A DNA stretch of 64,000 bases from contig OZ219926.1 in the NCBI GenBank assembly GCA_964291405.2, positions 4,576,001-4,640,000 of the forward strand. The letters are read 5' to 3'. This document shows, piece by piece, positions 38,553 through 47,837 of the stretch. The notes below the pieces were generated by a model. That model worked only from the letters and a program-made list of their open reading frames with translations, made no database searches and was not told the origin of the DNA. Numbering within the stretch: the stretch's first letter is position 1; each line of letters starts with the position of its first letter. The translations under genes and the position numbers were made by a program. Origin of the DNA: Thermodesulfobacteriota bacterium. GTDB taxonomy: Bacteria; Desulfobacterota; Binatia; Bin18.

Positions 38553-39971
38553 ATGGCCCTGCGTTTTCACAACACCCTGACGGGTAAAACCGAGGAGTTT
38601 GTCCCGCTCAGGTCTGGCGAAGCCCGTATGTATGTGTGTGGAGTCACGGTCTACGACCGTTCCCATATCGGTCATGCACGGGCCCTGGTCGCCTTTGATG
38701 TCATCTATCGTTATCTCAAGTTCTCCGGCTATGAGGTGACCTTTGTCCGCAATTTTACGGACGTGGATGACAAGATTATCAACCGCGCCAACGAGCGAGG
38801 CATTTCTGCCGAAGAGCTGACCGACACCTATATTCAGGATTTCAATAACGATATGCAGGCGCTGCGTTGTTTGCCGCCCACGCATGAACCCCGGGCCACC
38901 CAACACATCCCGGCCATGCTCACTCTTATCCAGGAGCTCGAAGCCAAACAACTCGCCTATGCGGTGGATGGGGACGTGTATTATGCGGTGGACCGGTTTG
39001 CCGCATACGGCAAGCTGGCCCACCGCCGGTTGGAAGACATGGCGGCTGGGGCGCGCATAGAAGTGGACACGCGCAAGCGCCATCCCATGGACTTTGCCCT
39101 GTGGAAGTCCAGCAAGCCCGGAGAGCCGGCCTGGGACAGCCCCTGGGGCAAAGGCAGGCCTGGCTGGCATATCGAGTGCTCGGCCATGAGTAGTAAATAT
39201 CTGGGCCAGCCCTTCGACATTCACGGCGGCGGCGCCGATCTGATTTTTCCTCATCATGAAAACGAGATCGCCCAGTCCGAAGGGGCCAAGGGCTGTGCCC
39301 TGGCCCGCTACTGGCTGCATAACGGTATGGTGACCGTTGAGCAGGAAAAGATGTCGAAATCATTAGGGAATTTCCTGACCATCGAGGCCGCGCTGAGCAA
39401 AGTCTCCACACCGGAAGTCTTGCGTCAGGTCTTGCTCTCGTCCCACTATCGAATGGCGCTTGATTTCTCGACCCAAAAACTGGCAGAGGCGGAAAAGGGA
39501 CTGGCGCGTATCTATGAAACGCTCGCCCGCGCCGACGAAGCGATTGGTGACGGTACAGTGGACGTAACCGATGACTCTCCCCTCATCCTCCAGTTCCGGG
39601 AGGCAATGGACGATGACTGCAATACGCCCCGCGCCCTTGGTGTGGTCTTTGACGGTGTGCGCGAGATCAACCGCTCATTGGATGCCGGCCAGATCACGGA
39701 GGCCGCAATACTCCGATCTGAAATCGCAAAAATGGGAGGGGTTCTCGGCCTGCTTCAGGAGTCCCCTGCACAATTTTTAGAGCATCAAAAGCAGACTGGC
39801 CTGGCCGAAGCCAGCCTCACGCCTGAGGCCATTGAGGCCCTGATAGCCGAGCGGGCTGCCGCGCGGAAAGAGAAGAATTTTCAGCGTGCGGACGAAATTC
39901 GTGCGCAGCTTGCCGAGCAAGGCGTTCTGCTCAAAGACGGTCCGACGGGGACGACGTGGACGGTGAAGTAA
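38553..39971 (+). CDS. cysS: cysteine--tRNA ligase
   Basis: MYVCGVTVYD, HIGH, GRPGWHIECS, FPHHENE, KMSKS. Confidence 0.98.
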   Translation: MALRFHNTLTGKTEEFVPLRSGEARMYVCGVTVYDRSHIGHARALVAFDVIYRYLKFSGYEVTFVRNFTDVDDKIINRANERGISAEELTDTYIQDFNNDMQALRCLPPTHEPRATQHIPAMLTLIQELEAKQLAYAVDGDVYYAVDRFAAYGKLAHRRLEDMAAGARIEVDTRKRHPMDFALWKSSKPGEPAWDSPWGKGRPGWHIECSAMSSKYLGQPFDIHGGGADLIFPHHENEIAQSEGAKGCALARYWLHNGMVTVEQEKMSKSLGNFLTIEAALSKVSTPEVLRQVLLSSHYRMALDFSTQKLAEAEKGLARIYETLARADEAIGDGTVDVTDDSPLILQFREAMDDDCNTPRALGVVFDGVREINRSLDAGQITEAAILRSEIAKMGGVLGLLQESPAQFLEHQKQTGLAEASLTPEAIEALIAERAAARKEKNFQRADEIRAQLAEQGVLLKDGPTGTTWTVK

Positions 39972-40071
39972 GGACCGCTGAGGGCCATGCCGGGCCCGAC
40001 ACGCGGTGAGTCCACATTAACCATCGTCCAAAGATGTTCCTTCTCCCAGGCCAGCTCGGACCGGTGCAAAG

Positions 40072-40887
40072 GTGAGACCCATTGGTTTTGCGCTCACGGT
40101 GCTCGCGCTCATCCTGCTACCCGCGGGATGTGACCAGAATGGTGCGCCCAGCCAGGAGAAGCCGGCGGTCGTGGTGTTTGCCGCCGCCAGCCTGCACGAT
40201 GTTGTCCGGGACATTGGCACACGCTTTTCTGAGGCACACCAGGTTGACTTGATCTATAATTTTGCCGGGTCCAATACCCTCGCGCAGCAGCTTCGTGCCG
40301 CTCCGGCAGCGGATGTTTTTTTGTCGGCGAACCTGTACTGGGTCGATGTACTCGAAAGGGCGGGGATAATCCTGCCTGGATCGCGCCGCAATTTTCTGTC
40401 AAATCGTCTGGTGCTCATCAGTCGAAAGGATGCGGATTTTCAGTTATCCGCGCCCGGCATGCTGCCCGTATTCGCATTCACCTTCCTGGCTCTGGCTGAC
40501 CCTGAGGCGGTGCCCGCCGGACGCTATGCCAAGACCTTCTTGCAGGCTGTCGAAACGGCAGACCGCTCGGTCTGGGAAGCCGTCAAAGATAAGATCGTTC
40601 CTACTGCCGATGTCCGGGCGGTTCTCGGCCTGGTGGAGTCTGATCCCAACATCATTGGCATTGTGTACCGAACGGATGCCATGAGTTCAGACCGGGTGCG
40701 GATCGTGTATGAGGTTCCACCCAGTCTGCACCAACCGATCGTTTACTGTGCCGCGGCCCTCAAGAATCGCCCCCGGCCGGCACTCACCGCCCAATTTCTC
40801 GATTTTTTACGTAGCCCCGAAGCCCGCGCAATTTACAACACGCAGGGGTTTGTTGTAGACGAAGGAGGAACTCGTCCGCTGTCGTGA
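40072..40887 (+). CDS. modA: molybdate ABC transporter substrate-binding lipoprotein
   Basis: LPAGC lipobox, FAAASL, FAGSNTL, DVFLSAN, VPAGRYA. Confidence 0.95.
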   Translation: MRPIGFALTVLALILLPAGCDQNGAPSQEKPAVVVFAAASLHDVVRDIGTRFSEAHQVDLIYNFAGSNTLAQQLRAAPAADVFLSANLYWVDVLERAGIILPGSRRNFLSNRLVLISRKDADFQLSAPGMLPVFAFTFLALADPEAVPAGRYAKTFLQAVETADRSVWEAVKDKIVPTADVRAVLGLVESDPNIIGIVYRTDAMSSDRVRIVYEVPPSLHQPIVYCAAALKNRPRPALTAQFLDFLRSPEARAIYNTQGFVVDEGGTRPLS

Positions 40888-40892
40888 CTGCC

Positions 40893-41579
40893 ATGAGTCC
40901 CGAAGTATTATCGGTTATCCTGCTGACGCTCCAAGTCGCAACCGTATCAACCCTGATCGTGCTGCTGCCGGCCACGGTCCTGGGATATGTCCTGGCCCGA
41001 TACGAATTCCCCGGCAAGAACGTTCTGTCTGCGCTGGTTGGCTTACCACTCGTTCTGCCGCCCACCGCGGTCGGCTTTCTCTTGTTACGGATGTTTGCGG
41101 TCGATGGACCCTTAGGGCGAGAGACGCTCGGGTTTGATTTGAATATATTGCTAACCTGGAAAGGGGCGGTGATTGCGACGGCGACCATGTCCCTCCCACT
41201 TGTTGCACGGACGGCAAAGGCAACGTTTGAAGGCATCAATCCTCGGCTTGAATTAATGGCCCATACCTTAGGGCATGGCCGGCTGGCCACTTTTTTTCAG
41301 TACAGCCTGCCCATGGCCCGGCGCGGCTTGCTGGGGGCCGTCATTCTTGGTTTTACGCGCGCCATGGGTGAGTTCGGCGCCACGGTCACCATTGCCGGTA
41401 ATATTCCAGGCCACACGCAAACGATAGCTTCTGCTATTTTCAGTGCCCAGCAGGTCGGCGCGCAAGCCCGAGCCGACTTTTTCATGTTGGTTGCCATCGT
41501 GTTGGGCTTCCTGGCCATTCTGAGTGCTGAACTACTGGGCCACAGCCGCACACTCCCCAGTCTGGCCCGTCCACAATGA
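40893..41579 (+). CDS. modB: molybdate ABC transporter permease
   Basis: LPLVLPPTAVGF, RAMGEFGAT, GNIPG. Confidence 0.96.
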   Translation: MSPEVLSVILLTLQVATVSTLIVLLPATVLGYVLARYEFPGKNVLSALVGLPLVLPPTAVGFLLLRMFAVDGPLGRETLGFDLNILLTWKGAVIATATMSLPLVARTAKATFEGINPRLELMAHTLGHGRLATFFQYSLPMARRGLLGAVILGFTRAMGEFGATVTIAGNIPGHTQTIASAIFSAQQVGAQARADFFMLVAIVLGFLAILSAELLGHSRTLPSLARPQ

Positions 41580-41634
41580 CTAGCGTCCCGCCTACCCACG
41601 ACAGTCTACAGAGCGGTTCGCCTTAGAGCTAGCC

Positions 41635-42756
41635 TTGACCGTGCAGGTCCGCCTCCCGCTAGACCGTTTTGAGCTGAATATAGATTTGCATACCGAAAAA
41701 CACGTGACCGGGATTTTCGGTGTCTCCGGGGCGGGCAAAACCAGCCTGCTGGAAACGATCTGTGGCGTCCGGCGCCAGGCGCGAGGCGTTATTACGCTGG
41801 GGTCAGAGACGTGGCTGGATAGCGATCGAGGGGTGTGTGTCAAGCCGTCGCAGCGCCATATTGGGTATGTCCCCCAGGACGGTTTGCTCTTCCCGCACAA
41901 GGACGTTCGGCACAATCTGCTCGCTGGTAGGAAACGCGGCGTGCGGCGGGGTCACCCTGTCCAGCAGACGTTTGAAACCGTGTCCCACATCCTCGAACTT
42001 GGCCCGCTCCTCGAACGCGGCGTGCATGCCTTGTCTGGTGGCGAACGGCAACGTGTTGCCCTCGGACGCGCCCTGTGTTCCGGTCCGCGCTTGCTCCTGC
42101 TCGACGAGCCGTTTGCCTCATTGGACGTTGCCCTGAGACGAAAACTCCTGCCCTTTCTCAGGCGGGTACGGGCGGAATTTCAGATTCCTATGCTGTTTGT
42201 GTCTCACGACCCGCTCGAAGTACAGGCCCTGTGTGACGATCTGATTGTGCTCAAAGATGGTACGATTCTCTCGCACGGCGACCCACGCGCAGTGCTGACC
42301 GCCTCTCATATTTTCCCCTTGGCCGAACAACACGGCTTCGAGAATATTCTGCCCTGCTACGCGGTGGAGGGAGGTGGCAGTACAGGTCAGGTGCGCTTGG
42401 GCGAAGGAGGAGACGCTGAACGAGCCCCGGTCGAGTTGGTAACGCTCCGCTCCGAGGCACAACCGGGAGAGGCTCTGCTAGCCGGTATTCCCGCGCACGA
42501 TATTATGTTGGCCACCCAGCGGCCAGAGGGGCTCTCCGCCCGCAACGTTTTGCCCGCCCGTATTACCCAACTCCGTTCCGTCGGTCATGTTGAGTTGGCA
42601 ACGGCCGAGCTCAGCTCCGACCTTCCTCCACTGACCGTTGAGGTGACTGAGAAGTCGTTTGTTGAGCTAGGTCTGCGGGTTGGGAGCGAGGTCTTCCTGG
42701 TGATTAAGGCAACCTCGTGTCGATTGTACCGCACGGGAGAAAGTCGTAGGGTATAA
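41635..42756 (+). CDS. modC: molybdate ABC transporter ATPase with TOBE domain
   Basis: GVSGAGKT, LSGGERQRVALGRAL, GLSARNVL. Confidence 0.95.
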   Translation: MTVQVRLPLDRFELNIDLHTEKHVTGIFGVSGAGKTSLLETICGVRRQARGVITLGSETWLDSDRGVCVKPSQRHIGYVPQDGLLFPHKDVRHNLLAGRKRGVRRGHPVQQTFETVSHILELGPLLERGVHALSGGERQRVALGRALCSGPRLLLLDEPFASLDVALRRKLLPFLRRVRAEFQIPMLFVSHDPLEVQALCDDLIVLKDGTILSHGDPRAVLTASHIFPLAEQHGFENILPCYAVEGGGSTGQVRLGEGGDAERAPVELVTLRSEAQPGEALLAGIPAHDIMLATQRPEGLSARNVLPARITQLRSVGHVELATAELSSDLPPLTVEVTEKSFVELGLRVGSEVFLVIKATSCRLYRTGESRRV

Positions 42757-42855
42757 GCTCTTTCCGAAAGGGGAGAATGCCCTCTTTCCCCTCGGCGGCC
42801 GGACTTGCGCTTTCATGGGCTGCGACATAGGTTTGGGGCCCGATTTTCTCACAAC

Positions 42856-42929
42856 GCGCCCGTAGCTCAATTGGATAGAGCACCGGGCTTCGAACCCGTA
42901 GGTTGGGTGTTCGAGTCACCCCGGGCGCG
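42856..42929 (+). tRNA. tRNA-Arg(UCG)
   Basis: GCGCCCG/CGGGCGC acceptor, GCTC/GAGC D-stem with GG-A20, loop CT-TCG-AA, T arm GGGTG-TTCGAGT-CACCC; followed by CCT, not CCA. Confidence 0.95.
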
Positions 42930-42975
42930 CCTTTTGGAAGAGATCCCTTGTCCTTCCCACACAAGAGAGCCGGGC

Positions 42976-43938
42976 TTGAAAATTCTGAAAATTGCTTTGG
43001 GGTTCGCGCTTAGCCTTGGTTGTGGCTATCTGGCCGTGCGTGACGTGGTGTGGGCCGAAGTCGTGCAAGCTTTCCGCTTCGTAGACCTCGGCCTCCTCAT
43101 CCTTTCGACTCTCTGGCTCAGTCTTGTTTTTCTCGTGCGGGCGTATCGCTGGCAGTTGCTCCTTGCGCCCGTTGCTTCTGTGTCCGTTTCGGTCTTCTTC
43201 TCGGCAACGCTCATCGGGTTTATGGGCAATAATATTCTTCCGTTACGGGCCGGAGAATTGTTGCGGTTGTACGCTCTGGCTCGTTTAGGGCCGGTCTCCA
43301 TGAGCCACGCCCTGGCAACCGGAACCCTGGATCGTGTGTTTGACATGCTGCTCATAAGTCTGCTCCTCGGTATCGGCCTCCCTCTCATTCCTGGTCTGGA
43401 GGGATATACTGCAACAAATGCGCTGTTTCTGGGTCTCATCCTTATTCTGCTCGGATCAGCTTGGTTTCTGGTTCGAGGGGATAATCCGAGGTGGGTGCGA
43501 AGAGTGCCGCAGCGGATACGACCCAGGGTCGAAGAATTCCTGGACAGTCTCCAGGTTCTACGCAGTGGTGCACTCTTCTTGAAGACCCTGGCCCTCTCGA
43601 CGGCGATATGGGGCGGCATGGTAATCTATTTTTGGCTATTATTGTACGCCTGCGCCTTTTCTCTGCCAATTGAAGCGGCGCTCGTCGTTATGCTGCTGCT
43701 GGCTGTGGGTGTTGCGCTACCGGCTGCGCCGGGTTTTGTTGGCGTCTTTCAATATGCCGTGGTACTCGCCTTGTCTTTCTTCTCCGTACCTAAGGAAGAA
43801 GCGCTCAGTTTCTCCATTGTCTCCCACCTTGCCGTGTACGTGCCTGTTACACTAGGTGGTCTCTTCCTTCTGCTGCGCTCCGGCTTATCGCTCTGGCCGT
43901 CTCAATTCGCGTTTGCAAAAAACGAACGAGCGAACTGA
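42976..43938 (+). CDS. lysylphosphatidylglycerol synthase TM-region / flippase-like protein (UPF0104)
   Basis: RAYRWQLLL, GFMGNNILPLRAGE, DRVFD, PAAPGFVGVF; TTG start after the tRNA. Confidence 0.88.
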   Translation: MKILKIALGFALSLGCGYLAVRDVVWAEVVQAFRFVDLGLLILSTLWLSLVFLVRAYRWQLLLAPVASVSVSVFFSATLIGFMGNNILPLRAGELLRLYALARLGPVSMSHALATGTLDRVFDMLLISLLLGIGLPLIPGLEGYTATNALFLGLILILLGSAWFLVRGDNPRWVRRVPQRIRPRVEEFLDSLQVLRSGALFLKTLALSTAIWGGMVIYFWLLLYACAFSLPIEAALVVMLLLAVGVALPAAPGFVGVFQYAVVLALSFFSVPKEEALSFSIVSHLAVYVPVTLGGLFLLLRSGLSLWPSQFAFAKNERAN

Positions 43939-43956
43939 AGAATTTTCGCCGCTACC

Positions 43957-45360
43957 ATGCCTGACCGCCGCCTTTCCTCCTGGCTGACTGTTCTCGGTGT
44001 GCTCTCGCTGGTTCTCTATGCCACCATCGCCTGGTTGAGCCAGTCGTTCAGCTATGGTCACGGGCACCAGGACCGGCCGATCTTGAGCTTTGTGGGAGTG
44101 TACGGTGTTGCGTTTATTGTCTATGCCGTAGCGATCTGGCGGGTCAAACGACAGGCTGCCGAGTCTGGACCACTCGCGCTGGTGTTGATCTTTGCCGCTC
44201 TCTTTCGGCTTGTCCTCCTCTTTTCCGAGCCCATTCAGGAGGACGACTTCTATCGTTATCTGTGGGATGGCAAGGTGGTTGCCAGCGGCCTGAATCCCTA
44301 CCGTTTCACTCCACGAGAGGTACAAACGGACAACGGAAGAGAAGGATCGCTCCAACCCTACCGAGAGTTGACAGAAACGGATGCGCACTTTGCCCGGCTC
44401 TTGTCGCGAATAAATCACCCGGACGTGCCGACCCTCTACCCCCCGGTTGCGCAAGCCGTGTTCGGTCTGGCTGCCCTGATTGCACCGGGCAGCTTACTCG
44501 CCTTACGTCTCATCTTCTTCTGCTTTGACCTGGCAGTATGTCTCGTCATTGTCCGATTATTATGCCACCTGGGGAGTTCCCCGCTGTGGGTGCTGGTTTA
44601 CGCCTGGTCACCGCTGGTCATCAAAGAAACGATTAACTCGTCGCACTATGATGTCGTGCCGACCTTTCTGTTGGTGCTGGCCTTGCTGGCGGTTATCACC
44701 GGGCGGCTGTCGGCCGGGTTTCTCAGCCTAGGCGGAGCCATATTGGGAAAGGTCTTTCCTGTTGTCTTGCTACCCCTTTTTGCCTGGCAAGCCTGGCGGC
44801 GTTACGGGCTTGGAAGAGCGTGCGGCGGACTCGCGCTGACCGGTCTGGTGATCACTGGCGGCTATGCCCCATTCGCGGCTGCTGGGAGCGGGCTGTGGCT
44901 GGGGTCTGTCACCTTTGCCGAACACTGGCAAACCAACAGCTTTATCTTCCCCTTATTACATCAGATGACCGCCGACCGCTGGCTGGTGAACGGCATTGTA
45001 GCGGGCTGTCTGATAGGAGCGGTGTGTGTTGCTTTACGCTGGAATAGTAAGGGGAATGACGTCAGGTTCTTACATGGATGTTTCTTTGTGATGGGGGCAT
45101 TGCTCCTACTCAGCCCGGTCGGCAATCCGTGGTATTTTATGTGGGTGATGCCATTTGTCTGCCTCTTTCCGCGTGCTTCCTGGCTACTCTTGTCCGGCCT
45201 CTTAGGGCTATACTACACTGCTTTTTACTTTCTCTATCATGGCGAGCCGGAAATGTTTCGCTGGGTAGTCTGGATTGAATATCTGCCTTTTTACGCTGTA
45301 CTGGCCTGGGAAGCATGGCGGACGAGAGGGGGAGACCCGCGCTGGCATGAAAAGCCATAG
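43957..45360 (+). CDS. GT-C membrane glycosyltransferase (GT87/DUF2029-like)
   Basis: EDDFYRYLWDG, NPY, INHP, TLYPP, YAWSPLVIKE, SHYD, NPWY. Confidence 0.85.
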   Translation: MPDRRLSSWLTVLGVLSLVLYATIAWLSQSFSYGHGHQDRPILSFVGVYGVAFIVYAVAIWRVKRQAAESGPLALVLIFAALFRLVLLFSEPIQEDDFYRYLWDGKVVASGLNPYRFTPREVQTDNGREGSLQPYRELTETDAHFARLLSRINHPDVPTLYPPVAQAVFGLAALIAPGSLLALRLIFFCFDLAVCLVIVRLLCHLGSSPLWVLVYAWSPLVIKETINSSHYDVVPTFLLVLALLAVITGRLSAGFLSLGGAILGKVFPVVLLPLFAWQAWRRYGLGRACGGLALTGLVITGGYAPFAAAGSGLWLGSVTFAEHWQTNSFIFPLLHQMTADRWLVNGIVAGCLIGAVCVALRWNSKGNDVRFLHGCFFVMGALLLLSPVGNPWYFMWVMPFVCLFPRASWLLLSGLLGLYYTAFYFLYHGEPEMFRWVVWIEYLPFYAVLAWEAWRTRGGDPRWHEKP

Positions 45361-46060
45361 TGTAGCCTGGAAATTTTACGCTGCCTGCCTGAGCGTCGTT
45401 TGCTTCTTGGGAGACAATGTGTCGCTTGCCCGGGCACGTCAGCCGGCAACGATGGCGACGCCGCTTGTTATTTCTTCGGAGTCGAAACAGGTCACCCTCT
45501 ATGGGGTCATCTATCCTAGCCGCTTTAATCGGGCTGAGGGAGACGAGGCGCACTACCATCTGTTGACCTGGAAGGATGGCCACTCCAAGAACGCGCTCAT
45601 TGAAACACCGGTGGATGATCTCGCCTTTCACGACGCTTTGATCAAAATTGGTGGCCAACCGGGTAATACGCTGTCGATGAAGGCATGGACGCAGCGGACC
45701 GACCCGGACAATCCTGCCTCGCAGCAGAAGGCCAGGGGCAGCCGCTTTGCCGTTTTTCTCTCCTGGCAGGACGAGCCCAAGCGCCTCCCGATCCACCACA
45801 TTTTCCGTTTGTCTCCTTCGGACCCCCAGCCTCCGGCCTGGAGTTTCGAAGGCAATCGGGACCGCTGGTTTAATCATGTGCCGTTTGCCCTGCGGCCGGG
45901 CTGCCTGGTGTGTTTATACAGTTGCCCGAGCGGCAAGCTCAGCAACAGCAGGTTGAGTATCGCCGACTATATGACCCAGCCAAGGCGGTTTCAGATAGAT
46001 GCGGAGAAATTGCCGCCTGATAATACCCCCGTGCAGGTTACCTTCGATCTGCTGCCGTAA
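45347..46060 (+). CDS. exported YdjY-like protein with GCxxCxxSC motif
   Basis: Signal peptide, YHLLTWKDG, ALIET, GGQPGN, GCLVCLYSCPSGKLSN. Confidence 0.7.
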   Translation: MKSHSVAWKFYAACLSVVCFLGDNVSLARARQPATMATPLVISSESKQVTLYGVIYPSRFNRAEGDEAHYHLLTWKDGHSKNALIETPVDDLAFHDALIKIGGQPGNTLSMKAWTQRTDPDNPASQQKARGSRFAVFLSWQDEPKRLPIHHIFRLSPSDPQPPAWSFEGNRDRWFNHVPFALRPGCLVCLYSCPSGKLSNSRLSIADYMTQPRRFQIDAEKLPPDNTPVQVTFDLLP

Positions 46061-46063
46061 GCT

Positions 46064-46774
46064 ATGAACAGAGAGCTCCCGGAACAGCCGCGGATTGCGG
46101 TGGTTATTCCTGCCCTCAACGAAGAGGCATCCCTGCCCAAGGTATTTGGAGACTTGCCGTGGGAGCGGCTCGCAGAAGTCGTGGTTGTAGACAACGGGTC
46201 ATCCGACCGGACTGTAGCGGTGGCCCAAGCGCATGGGGCGACCGTTCTCAGTGAACCGCGTCGCGGCTATGGCTGGGCCTGTCTGGCGGGTATTGAGTAT
46301 CTGAAGGACAAACAACCCGATATCCTCGTTTTTCTCGATGGCGATTACAGCGATTATCCTGACGAACTCAGCGACGTTGTGCGGCCCATTCTTGAGGAAG
46401 GATATGATATGGTGATCGGCTCCCGGCCGCAGCGAGCCGGAACGGGAGCGTTGCTCTCTCATGCGCGGTGGGGCAATGCGCTAGCAACGTGGCTCATCCG
46501 CCTCCTGTACGGGTTTAGCTATACGGATCTTGGGCCGTTTCGCGCTATCCGCTTTCCGAAACTCCTGGCCATCGATATGCAAGATAAAACCTATGGCTGG
46601 ACAGTCGAAATGCAGATTAAGGCTATCCGCCACGGGCTCCGCATCACTGAGGTGTCGGTTCGCTATCGTCAGCGGATTGGTACCTCAAAAGTGAGCGGGA
46701 CGATCAAAGGGACCATATTAGCTGGGTGGAAAATCCTCTGGACGGTCTTTCGATACGCGAGGCGAGCCGCATGA
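46064..46774 (+). CDS. GT2 glycosyltransferase (polyprenol-phosphate sugar synthase-like)
   Basis: VIPALNEE, VDNGSSD, GYG.AC, FLDGDYSD, TDLGPFRAI, YGWTVEMQ, SKVSG. Confidence 0.93.
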   Translation: MNRELPEQPRIAVVIPALNEEASLPKVFGDLPWERLAEVVVVDNGSSDRTVAVAQAHGATVLSEPRRGYGWACLAGIEYLKDKQPDILVFLDGDYSDYPDELSDVVRPILEEGYDMVIGSRPQRAGTGALLSHARWGNALATWLIRLLYGFSYTDLGPFRAIRFPKLLAIDMQDKTYGWTVEMQIKAIRHGLRITEVSVRYRQRIGTSKVSGTIKGTILAGWKILWTVFRYARRAA

Positions 46775-47088
46775 CAGACACCACAATGGAATGGAATGTA
46801 GCCTTTTCCCCGGACGAGGTCATCTCTCGCCTCGAAAACCTGTTTCGTCAGTATGACTATACGTATACCCAGGAAGACAGAGACGCGGACCGGTATTACC
46901 GGATGTCCCTCGGCCAGGGAACGCTTGAGCTGGTTATGCATCCGCTCGAACCGAAGCGTAGCCCGTTCAGCCCCACGCTTCTTATCCAGCGCACGCTTCT
47001 GCGTATTTCGTATAAAAATGTCGCTGGAGCGGACCAGGCACGCTTTAAGCACCAACTGACCATGGCTTTTCTGCGGGTAGGGGGTTGA
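46771..47088 (+). CDS. hypothetical 105-aa protein ending in ...FLRVGG
   Basis: ATGA overlap upstream and TGATG overlap downstream; C-terminal diglycine. Confidence 0.75.
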   Translation: MTDTTMEWNVAFSPDEVISRLENLFRQYDYTYTQEDRDADRYYRMSLGQGTLELVMHPLEPKRSPFSPTLLIQRTLLRISYKNVAGADQARFKHQLTMAFLRVGG

Positions 47089-47765
47089 TGCACGTCAGCG
47101 TTATCATCCCGACACTGAACGAGGCTGGAACCATTGAGCGGACGCTCAGCCGAGTTCGACAGGCGAGTGCCTGCGAGATCATTGTTGTGGATGGCGGCAG
47201 TGAGGATGGTACGGCGGAGTGCGCGCGCCCATACGTTGACCGGATCGTGGTCGCGCCGCGTGGTCGCGCCCGTCAGATGAATGCCGGAGCCCGAGCAGCA
47301 AGCGGGGGAGCCCTGCTCTTTCTCCATGCGGATACCATCCCTCCAGAACAGTTTTCTGAGCTGGTCGCGAATGCTCTGGCCGACCCTGAGGTTGTGGGCG
47401 GCCGGTTTGACGTCCATGTGGACGCTCCGGGCTGGCCCTTCCGGGTGATCGGTAGCCTGATGAATATTCGTTCCCGTCTGACCGGTATTGCCACCGGCGA
47501 TCAGGGGATTTTCGTTCGTCGTGAAGTGTTTGAAACAACTGGCGGCTATCCGGAGTGGGATATCATGGAAGACCTGGAATTCAGCTGTCGGCTTAAACGG
47601 GCAGGAAAGATCGCCTGCCTACGGGCACGGGTGAAAACCTCCGCCCGCCGCTGGCAGAAGCACGGCGTCACAAAAACCATTCTGCTCATGTGGGGGCTGC
47701 GGCTATGCCATTTCTTTGGCGTTTCGCCGTCCGCACTCAAAACATTTTATGCGGATACGCGCTAA
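47088..47765 (+). CDS. TIGR04283-like GT2 glycosyltransferase (rSAM/selenodomain, arsenosugar-associated family)
   Basis: IIPTLNE, DGGSED, RGRARQMNAGA, FLHADT, TGDQGIF, IMED, TSARRW. Confidence 0.9.
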   Translation: MHVSVIIPTLNEAGTIERTLSRVRQASACEIIVVDGGSEDGTAECARPYVDRIVVAPRGRARQMNAGARAASGGALLFLHADTIPPEQFSELVANALADPEVVGGRFDVHVDAPGWPFRVIGSLMNIRSRLTGIATGDQGIFVRREVFETTGGYPEWDIMEDLEFSCRLKRAGKIACLRARVKTSARRWQKHGVTKTILLMWGLRLCHFFGVSPSALKTFYADTR

Positions 47766-47837
47766 GGGCGGAGAAAAAGGGGCAGATCTTGCCGCGCCCC
47801 TCCTCTGTATAGGCCCGTGATCTGTTCCAGCGATGGG

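Noticed and set aside
42805-42975. N-terminal extension of the flippase-like ORF
   Set aside because: Reads through tRNA-Arg(UCG); the real start is likely TTG at 42976
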